Source of the DNA: Podarcis cretensis
Lineage: Eukaryota
DNA: 64,000 bases
NCBI GenBank assembly: GCA_951804945.1
Contig: OX638154.1
Coordinates: 52,080,001-52,144,000, forward strand
Reading direction: 5' to 3'
The notes under the pieces were generated by a model, which saw only the letters and a list, made by a program, of their open reading frames with translations, was not told where the DNA came from and did not search any database. Made by a program: the position numbers and the translations under genes. Position 1 is the stretch's first letter. Each line of letters starts with the position of its first letter. Below, one piece after another: positions 54,685 through 64,000 of the stretch.

Positions 54685-56198
54685 TCCTGAGGAGGAAGGA
54701 AGAAATACAACATAAGAAGTACAGACATATGTTTAGAAGCAGACAGAAAATTCAGCATCCTGCGAATTTTAGCTGTTGTTGATAAAGAGGTGGGTGGAAA
54801 GCAAATTTCTGGCAGTTCTGAAGGCAAATATAAGCTTGAACATCCAAGTCCCAAAAACCAGAAGGGAAATAAGCACACGATTTTGAGTTCAGGAGGAAGC
54901 GTGACAGCGCCCTGCAAATCTCTTCGGAAATCAGGGAAATGGTGATATGCAAAAGGTGCAAATCTGATTTACATGCTTGCTAACACAAATTGTGGCAACC
55001 TCTGTGCAGATCTCTCTCTTAAAAAATAAATAAATGCAAGAGTATGCACAGTCTTGGATATATGGCTGCTACACACGAGTTTTCAGCAGCCCTGTTTCAG
55101 GTAAAAGGTGAAGTCTCCACAACATTATAACCAGGAAACAGGCCCAGCATAAAATATGAGGCATGAGTGATAATCCTCTCTGCTGCTTCACAGCCTAGCT
55201 CTCACAACCAGAAAGGTGTTTAAACCACCAGCCTAGCAAACAAATTGCCCTCAGGATCCTGCCCAGTGCACACTTGCAAATAAATGTTCATTTCACTTCA
55301 AGGAAGGACTCCATAATAATCACACTCTTATGCTTGCAGCAAGGAACTAGCCAAAGACCCAAGGTGAAAATGCAGCATAACAAAGGACACTCTTGAGGCC
55401 AGAGGAGACGTTGTGCAACCAAAGGGACCCTGAGGAGCAGCTGGAACAGAGGCCCTTTCTGCTCCGGTGTCCTAAATATAAGGAAGTACGTGAATGATAC
55501 ACCCTCAAGCTGTCAGGGATCAGACAAGGGGGGGGGGGAAGTATGCTCTGTGGGGAGGTGCAGGAATGAAGCGACACAGAAGGCATTATGTGATAGGGAA
55601 TCTACCCCGTTCCTAAGCTTGAGTAACTTACCCCCACTCTAGGTAGACACCGGAATGATGGCTCCCTTTTCATACTTGAGCAGTCCTTGTCCTGCCAACA
55701 AGCAGCTACTGAATTGGGATGCAGAAAAGTTTTTCTGCTCTGCCATGCCAAAAGCACGGAAGTGCAATTAAGAAACCCTGCAAAATAGCAGGACATCTCA
55801 CAAAGGGGACACGAGGGAAGCTGTGCCCAGGGATGGCACTTTCTCTCAGAGCCACTTTGTCACTTTGTCCACACACCCTTTCTCTCTCAAGTGGACTGAC
55901 CCACCCTGCCCACGGGACCGAACAAGGAGCTCTCCCCCCCCCCGCCACACTCACTGCATTTTGGCCAGGGGGAGGGAGCCCTCCTGCCAACCATGTCTTG
56001 GTTCACTGAATAGCCTTCAGCAGCTGTACGTCACAACTATAAGGGGATCAGAAGTCATGCAAGAAAGTCAATTGCCTTGGAAGAGTCAGCAACGACTTTG
56101 GTGGGAGGGAACTTCTGAGACCTGGCGGGAATATATCACACTTGATACAAGAAAAAAATCCTGGCCTTAGCTCAGCCCAAAGTGTTATTTTAACAGTA

Positions 56199-56439
56199 CA
56201 GTGGTACCTCAGGTTAAGTACTTAATTTGTTCCGGAGGTCTGTACTTAACCTGAAACTGTTCTTAACCTGAAGACCACTTTAGCTAATGGGGCCTCCTGC
56301 TGCTGCCGTGCCGCCGGAGCCCGATTTCTGTTCTCATCCTGAAGCAAAGTTCTTAACCTGAAGCACTATTTTTGGGTTAGCGGAGTCTGTAACCTGAAGC
56401 ATATGTAACCTGAAGCGTATGTAACCCAAGGTACCACTG
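56199..56439. mobile_element. Tc1/mariner (Tigger/pogo-like) MITE
   Basis: TIRs CAGTGGTACCT / AGGTACCACTG, TA target duplication on both sides, internal TAACCTGAAG repeats. Confidence 0.85.
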
Positions 56440-58292
56440 TAATCAGATCTCCACTCTTGGCCCTGATTCACTACTCAGGTATAGCACGACACAATAATGA
56501 AGACTGCCCTAGGATTAAATGTCTGGCTATTCAAGCGGCTGAACCCAGATGCTAGGAAACTAAGGACCACCCAAACCACATTGGCAATGTCCACAGCTCA
56601 GTGGTGCAAACAGCTTGATGCATGAGCACAAGTATGGTTATGTGGAACAGGGCAACCTGCGCTTTTATCTCCTCAAGGATGGATGAGACTGTCTCAGAAT
56701 GAAGCATTGATCTGGCATGTAATCTAGTGACTCTTGCACGTCCCAGCCCATGAGTGTTGGTACTGTTTTGCGGATGGGCTGAAATGGAGATCTGGCGGAA
56801 CATTATTCCTCATAATCGGAAATAAAACATTGTTACAGATTCTTTTTTAAAAATTAGAACTCCAGGGGGTAGCCATGCTAGTTTTGTGGCAGCATAAACA
56901 AAAAATAATATCACAGCAAAAAATAATTATACATTCATTCCCCACTTTCTTCTTTCATCTGTATTCAGGGAGGGTCAACGTATATTTCACTTCAGGCATT
57001 TGACGAAGTGAACTCCGACCCACAATAAACATGTAATTCTTTAAGGTGCCACAAGGGTCTTTGCTGTTTTGATTATTCAGGAGTAATTTTGTAAGTTTGT
57101 TCAGTCTCTCTTTGTAACTGAACAGCCTTTATTTCTGAGTGCGAAGTGAGCTTTGTGCCTTTCAGTCCATCCTCAGGACTGAATCTATTATTTAGGCTCT
57201 TTGTTTTAGTTGGGTGCACTTTATTATGGCAAGCTAGCAGCACTTTAAACAAAGTCGTCCAGCCATCAAACCTGTTGCAATTAACAATATGTAAATTATG
57301 TGTGGATTCCTCCCCACACACTGTACCATTGGTACATTGTTGCATTAACTGATTTCCTACTGCCTGAACTTTCAGATTTTTAATTCTACAAGTCGGCATG
57401 TGGCCAAGCTAGAAAGAGGACACAGGATACTGTGAGGCAAGTTTAGGCTCCCAAAGTTGAGTGAAAAACTGTAAGTTCTTTTTCAGCATAATGTGCGTGC
57501 GCGTGCGTGTGTGGCCCACACACACACACACACAGAGAAATCCTGGTGGCACACCATTGACAAGTGCTGGCAAAACCTCTCACTGATACTACCCCCAAGC
57601 TGATGTAGCTATTAAGTCACTCCTTCAACTCCAAATCCACACCATTCTCCACTTTCTATCTGATGTCACAATACTGAACCCACCACAGCATCGGTTGAAG
57701 GAAGCACCACCACCCCTGGCACACAGCACGCACACACACACCGTGGGTGAAAACAAATCCAGAGAAGTCCGAAACACCTGGCCAGAGAGGGCGCGCGATC
57801 CCTTTAAAAGCAGCGGAGGGGGCAAGAAAACGGGGGGTTACATCAGCTGCCACGTGGGAGCTGCTCCGCGCCCCGCCCCCGCACATGCCGGGGTGGAAAA
57901 TTACAGCGCGCGGATCCCCCGGCCCCCGGGAGCGCCCGGCAACTTCACCTCCCCTAGGCCAGAAACCCGCGGCGTCCAGTCAGGCCGCGCGCACCCGCTC
58001 CCTTCCCGCCTGGCGGTTTCCGTAAAGCTCAGGGGTCCGGGACACCCTTGGACAGCCCGCCTCCGGGGCTGCCCGCCACAGGTCTCGCCTCGAGGCGGCT
58101 CCGGCGACAGCGGCGGATGGAACACACTGGAAGCCGCGCCGCCTCCGGAGCTTCGCCGGCGCTTCCTCGGCGGCACCACGCTTTCCTACCACGCTTTCCC
58201 CGCCCCTTCGTTTCTCTTTTCCTCTCGCGCACACCGGCGCGCGTGTCTCCAAACCCAACCCCGGGATCCTTTTCTCTCTGCCCGCGCCTTAC

Positions 58293-58505
58293 CCTCTCCA
58301 TGCCGCTCCCCGCCGGTGCCTCGCCCGGGCTTTTCAGGCGCGCTGTCAAGGTGGAGGATCCTCTTATTGAGAAAATTGCATCAGCCCGAACCGTACTCCT
58401 TCAGCCTCGCCTCGCCTCGCCGCCGCCGCCGCGCACCCTGCGAGCTGGCCTGCTGCGCGTCCCGGGAGCAGCGTGTCCGCGCGTGGCAGCCGACAGTCCC
58501 TCTTC
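58293..58505 (-). other. SLC6A9: SLC6A9 5'-UTR exon 1 (5' end approximate)
   Basis: Strong donor AGG|GTAAGG at 58292 inside the CpG island, just downstream of TATA-like, CCAAT and GC boxes on the same strand. Confidence 0.7.
58375..58383. promoter_or_regulatory. C/EBP-ATF (AARE/CARE) element ATTGCATCA in exon 1
   Basis: Exact match to the TGATGCAAT ATF4 response core; SLC6A9 is an established ATF4-induced gene in mammals. Confidence 0.7.
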
Positions 58506-58700
58506 TGCCGCGGGCTCGGGGGGGACGCCGACTTTAATGAAAGTTCTGGGAGAGGATTCCGAGGGGGCGGCAGCAGCAGCAGCAACAGCAACAGCGGCGG
58601 GCACGTCCCGCCTTCCCTGGCCGGCTCCGCCCCGCCCGATCCCGCCCCGCTCGCTGATTGGGGCGATTTGTTTCCCCGACGCGCTCCCGCCCTGCCGCGC
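58505..58700 (-). promoter_or_regulatory. SLC6A9 core promoter
   Basis: ATTAAA TATA-like at 58533-58538 (minus), CCAAT at 58657-58661 (minus), GC boxes at 58563-58570, 58627-58637 and 58642-58648. Confidence 0.65.
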
Positions 58701-60769
58701 CGTGGGGCTCTGGGGAGGGGGCTGCGCAGAGCCCTGGCGGCGGCGGCGGCGGAGAGAGGCGGCTCGGCGGGACCCCAGAGGCGGCCCCCTTCCTCGCGCG
58801 CGCAGCGTCAATAAATATCGTCGCCACCCACATGACAGGGAAAACATATACCTCGAAGGCATGCTTCGGCTTGGAGGCGCGCGCGCACGGGCCGCAGGGG
58901 GCGCGGACGCACAAAAGAAGCGCGCGGAGCAAAAGAGATGGCTGTGGCCACGCGCGTACTCCGAAGGGGCACCGGCGCAACGCGCGCTCTCTTTCTCAGA
59001 CAGACAGACACCGACGCAGAGAGCCGGCTGGGGGCACGTACATTTTCTCGGGGAAACATGTGCGATGCCCTTGGCACATAGATGCGCAACCAGGAAGACA
59101 TCCGCGCAAGCGCCCCTCCCTCTTAGGGCTCCCGCTAGCAGACCCAAGAAGCCCCCGCGCGCCGAGCAGCACTTGGACAGGCACGTACCAGAGAAGACGC
59201 GCGCGCCCCCGAGGTGCTTTGGGTGGACCCCGCGCAGCGGCTTGAGGTGCCTCAGGTCCTCATTCCAGTCATGCATCGGACGAAGCCGACAATAAACCTG
59301 TTAAGGCTTCAGGTTGCTCTAGGAAAGCCTCGTTGCCTTGGGCCCCTTCTTACCTGACGATCCCAGCGATGGTTCCCCAGCCTCGGGGGGCCGTGCCTTA
59401 GAAGCATCGTGTCTTCCCTGCCCTGCCCTATCATCTTGGGCCCGCTCCCACGAGAGTGCTCGATCTTCTTCTCCAGCCCAAGACCGAGGGCGCCCGGCTT
59501 GTTGCGTCTTGCAAGCAAAGGGATCGCATTGCTCAGCCTTGGTCAGACAAACGCGGGGCTCCCTTCTACGTACGAACTGCCCCAGGTGCTGTTAAGAGCC
59601 CACTTGAGGAGGGATAGAGCAGCGCCCCCTCTACCCTAGCCCCAGAGTATGAAACGCCCCCCCCCCCCCGGTTAAATTGGTCCACAAATTTTGCTCGAGA
59701 TTTGCGTGTTGCTACGTGGCAGCGATTCTTTGCTGCGCCAGGGAAGCGAGGGATTTTGCGCGCTGCCGCCCCCTGCCGGCCCACCCTGGGGCCTGCGGGT
59801 GGGGGCTTGGGGCAGGGAGCAAAGCTGCCTCCATCCATCCCAGGACGAAGATCGCAGCTTTGAGCCAAAGAGTCTGCTAATCAATTCAAACCAAACAAAA
59901 AAAGTTCCCAGGGTCGACTTCCCTCCGCCCCTGACTCTCGGCGCCCACCTGCCAGCAACAATCGCCCCCTTAAGCCGCAGCAAGGTGCAACTGGCTGTGA
60001 CTGTGTCCCCCAGAAGACAAGTAGGAAGTGTTTCGTGACGCGTCCTCGCCCGCCCCCCTCACCGCAAATGCAGATGCCATCATTGTACTGAAGTGGCATT
60101 TCTTTTATAGGACAGGCGCCACAAGTGCCAGTGAAGAATGCAACGGCTTCCAGCAATCATCGCTGTGAGAGGTCGCTGGTGCTGCTCCACCTCGCGTCAC
60201 GGGGGGGGGGACCTGTTGACCAAGAGAGCGCCTGCTACTGACCTCTGCCTCTTCCCTCCCCCATCACTGTCAGCATATCTCTTCCTTACATCAAGAGCAC
60301 ATTGGGGGAGAAGGAAGGCTGCTTTCTGTCCGTCTGTTTTATCATGCAGAATCTGTTTGAAGGCTCAGCTGTACAATTGTACCAGGGATGGATTTCAGAA
60401 GGAAACTCCAAAGTAGCCAACTCCTGTTTAGCCTTTGGCAGTTTTGAGTTCATTGCTGCGTGTGCCTCTTGCACCTTATGCAGAGTATCTTCTACTTTAC
60501 ACCTCTACTCACAAGGCTTAGTACAGGCTAGAACCCCAGCTTAAGTGTGTTGGGGAATTAGGAAAATCCACCTTTTTGCCACTTTTTAATCACACAGTTG
60601 TCAGCACAGCAGAAGTATTACACAATGTTGAAAGATACCTAATCTCTGTTTCTAAGGGACATGTTCCAACAGCCAGGTATGGCAGCAAGCAGTGCTTTTT
60701 TTGGTATTAAAAAAATGAGGTGCCAGCACTCATATATTGAGACAAGCAAGACTCACCCGCCCATTAGCC

Positions 60770-61088
60770 TTGGTCCAGCAGCAGGCTGGGGACAGCTGGG
60801 AGGGGCAGCAGATTCAAACCTCTGAGGAGTGCACCTCCTGTGCTTGTTTCCCATGCGCAGCCTGGGAAGATGCAGGGGGCTGCTGCTGCCACCTCATCTT
60901 TTCTGGCCTCCTTTTCTCTCTCCTCCACCTTTGGTGTTCCGGGGCTTACCTGGGCCTCCTCCAATTGCCTCAGGTTGAGGTGGGACATGGCAGCAGAGGG
61001 CTGGCGGAGGAGGAGGAGGAGCCTGCTGTGGCAGAGGTGCCATTTTCTGTTCTGCCTCAAGCGGCAAAATGTCTTGGGCCAGCCCTGT
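60770..61088. mobile_element. Non-autonomous DNA transposon; related copies at about 30690-31000 and 54375-54620
   Basis: Shared terminus caaaatgtcttgggccagccctg and its reverse complement in the other copies. Confidence 0.55.
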
Positions 61089-62397
61089 ATACAAGTGCTG
61101 TGGGTGCCAGCACAAAATGGCTGCCACGGGCAGCAAAGAAAGAGTAGTGTTGGGCCGGGGACGGGGAGGGAGCCCTGGCACTGCTGGCAGTCAGTTTGTG
61201 CATGTGAGAACATATGTGTTGAGGTTTAAAAACTCTTTCTGTGTTTGTTGACCCAGGTAATGAGACTGCTGAGCAGTCAAAGGGCCTTTAACTCTAACCT
61301 TCTGGGCAAGAAGCATGAAAGTAAAAGTTATGACTGAGCTTGTGGTTTCTGAATAAATGGAGAAGCATGCACACACTGCATGCAGAAACTTGTACCGGCT
61401 GCTTATTCACATATCTCCCATCTCTGAGATAAATAAAAGAGTAGGGCTTGCACACAAGCAGGCTTTTTACCCGTTATCTAAGAGGAAATTAAGGAAGAGG
61501 GAGCAGCATACACCAGAAATCCCCACCTCCCTGATAAGCAGGTATTTGGGGTAATGAACTTTTCCCAATTGCCTTTTTTCAGTACAACAGATCTTTATCT
61601 CTTACTTTTTTCCTGAAGATGGTATTTGCAGAAAGTGAAAGAGCTTTAGTGGGTATGGGGGTGTGGGTCCTTTGGCCTCCAGACCTGATGGTGGTAGGGA
61701 GCACTGGAATAGCCGGGGGGGGGGACAGGGAGGGTCAACTGCCCCCCAATCAATAAAATTCAATAAAAATACATAGCAAACTGAGGTTCTGCACCCCCAA
61801 CAAAAATCCTGGCTATGCCCATGGTAGGGAGCCTTCACACATGAGTGGCCCCCACTGTTTCTATTGCTCAGCGTCAAGCCCACATTCCTGATCAGCTCCC
61901 ACATCAGTGCCTATTTCATAATACCTTTCCCTGCATTCTTAGAGCGTTACAATCCACTGCTTCTTGAATATGATCTACTGCTTTCCTTTGGGATAGCAGT
62001 AGATCACATTTAAGAAGTCTGTTTACCTCACATGTTGGCAGATTTCTACCTCTTCCCAAAGGATCCCCAAAGAGTTGCTTAAAGCTTGCACACCTCACAC
62101 TGCAGCACAAATAATGGAGCCCTGTGGCTCCTGAACAACTAATAGGATATATAATGACTGTTTGTATGAGTGCAGAAGATTAGATCTTTATCTCAGGAAA
62201 CTGTTGAAGCAGGTGCTTGGTACATATTAGCAGGATTGGCAATCAGAAGCATTTGGCAAAGAAATAGGAACAAACATTGCAGCGCTTCAGGTTATGCCAT
62301 ACACTTGAAGTTCTTTAGAAGGCAAGATTAAAGGCTCAGGCTATCTCCACATGATGACCAACAAGGGATCTGTGTGATTATTTAACTAAGCACACTA

Positions 62398-62775
62398 GGT
62401 AAAGGTAAAAGACCCCTGGACAGTTAAGTCCAGTCAAAGGTGACTGTGGGGTGTGGCACTCATCTTGCTTCCAGGCCAAGGTTTTTGTCTGCAGCCTTTT
62501 GTCTGCAGACAGCTTTCCGGGTCATGTGGCCAGCATGACTAAACCACTTCTGGCACAATGGATCACTGTGACAAAAGCCAGAGCGCACAGAAATGTTTAC
62601 CTACCTGCCGCACCAGTACCTATTTACCTACTTGCACTGGTGTGCTTTCAGATTGCTAAGTTGGCAGAAGCTGGGACAGAGCAACGGGAGCTCACCCCAT
62701 CACATTTGAGCTGCCGACCTTCTGATTGGCAGGCCCAAGAGGCTCAGTGGTTTAGACCACAGTGTCACCTATATC
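62398..62775 (-). mobile_element. Older, diverged Sauria-type SINE
   Basis: ggtaaaggtaaaagacccctggacagttaagtccagtc... body collinear with the young copies. Confidence 0.85.
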
Positions 62776-62784
62776 CCTTTACCT

Positions 62785-63035
62785 CAGGGGTCAGCAACCT
62801 TTTCCAGCCATGGGCCGGTCCACCATCCCTCAGACCATGCGGTGTGCCGGACTATATTTTTTTGAGGGGAAATGAATGAATTCCTATGCCCCACAAATAA
62901 CCCAGAGATGCATTTTAAATAAAAGGACACATTCTACTCATGTAAAAACACGCTGATTTCTGGACTGTCTGTGGGCTGGATTGAGAAGGCGATTGGGCCG
63001 CATATGGCCCCTGGGCCTTAGGTTGCCTACCCCTG
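62785..63035. mobile_element. hAT-type MITE
   Basis: TIRs CAGGGGTCAGCAACCT / AGGTTGCCTACCCCTG; 8-bp TSD ctttacct/ttttacct. Confidence 0.8.
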
Positions 63036-64000
63036 TTTTACCTATTTACCCTTTACCTTTACCTATGCACTCTAGGCAATGCTAACTTGAAATATCCTGT
63101 CCTCATATGTTATTTTTTATGGTGGGGCTGGGGGAGTGGAATTAACCATTCTGCTGTAAATGTCCTTCTTAGTTTCTTTCTTAAACAAAATAATAACATA
63201 CATAGCTGCAGCGCTGGTGAAGGGGAGGGAACAGTAAAAACAAAAATTTAAGAGTGAGAAGAAGAAAAACTTTTCACAAGGCAGCAGGGCATTCCTGCAT
63301 GGGAGGAGACATGCGTGAATGGGCATCAGTGATGTCCAGAAGGCCAGCTAATAGATGTATATGTCAGTAGCATAACCGTAACATATCCATGACATTCCAA
63401 ACAGATGCAAAAGTGCTAGAAGTAGATGGGGCTGGAATAGCATTTTTTCTAATGGAGGAAAAAATGCAGCTTCTTGCCTAAAATGTATGCTTTCCTTTAA
63501 AGGACATGACATTTCAGGAAGGAGATTCCGTTTCCCCTGGTTTCCCTGCAATGAGTACACAAACTGGAGGAAAGACTTGGGATCCAGTTCAGCAATCGCA
63601 ACCTGCATTTGTATTGCTCAGTAGAACAGAATTGTTCAGAATGGTCCTCATCTGGACTACTTTGTTCAAGCTGAATGACACTGCTCCTTGCAAGGTATGA
63701 GCAACATTTGTGAAGGGAGATGGAGAAGTCTGGAACTGTTTCCTCCAGAAATGAAAAGAGCAGGATGAGAAAATTAAGAAAAGGAAAGGAAAGGTGGAGG
63801 GTGTGTGTGTGGAGAAAACCTTGCACTGTTTTTTGGGGTGTCCATTCTCCTCCCCACCTCACATAAGGCAGAAACAGAACTACTGTATATAGAATATCCC
63901 CAACATACTTTCACCACCAAAATAAACCACCAATAGACTAGTGCAATAGTGCATCCAGTGATTTCCTTGTCAGAAATGCTTGAGATGGCTCTAAGTCAAG

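Larger units (their letters stand above)
57780..60200. promoter_or_regulatory. CpG island at the 5' end of SLC6A9
   Basis: Abrupt rise in GC and CpG density against a CpG-depleted background; (GGC)n and (GCA)n runs. Confidence 0.9.

Noticed and set aside
56865-57075. Possible Penelope-associated hammerhead ribozyme (similar remnants at about 21430-21510, 22555-22660, 25170-25280)
   Set aside because: The ctttaaggtgccacaag block suggests Penelope-like remnants, but the CUGANGA and GAAA cores are mutated or missing in every copy.
57695-59295. Long overlapping ORFs (280, 415 and 291 aa) on both strands
   Set aside because: They lie in a CpG island where stops are rare, are Arg/Pro/Ala/Gly-rich with no domain, and overlap the SLC6A9 promoter and exon 1.

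Overview
Vertebrate (not microbial) genomic DNA. Young Sauria-type SINEs with (ACCTTT)n tails point to a squamate, probably a lacertid lizard. The window holds two convergent, intron-split genes. On the minus strand is the complete SLC6A9 (GlyT1 glycine transporter) gene: a CpG-island promoter and non-coding exon at about 58.3-58.7 kb, alternative N-terminal exons for GlyT1a (49521-49550) and GlyT1b (32477-32512), and 12 shared coding exons from 15826 down to the stop at 7066 (636 aa as GlyT1a). On the plus strand are the last five coding exons of CCDC24 (963-4526), which the ORF track mostly misses. The rest is intron filled with SINEs, L1/L2/CR1 fragments, hAT and Tigger-type MITEs, and microsatellites. 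I see no wholly new gene system. The best leads are regulatory: an ATF4-type element (ATTGCATCA) in exon 1 that also encodes a uORF, followed by a second strong uATG; a GC splice donor; an apparent shift of the GlyT1b start codon; a candidate extra in-frame N-terminal exon; and interlocked poly(A) signals of the two genes. Comparisons to mammalian sequences are from memory and need alignment.
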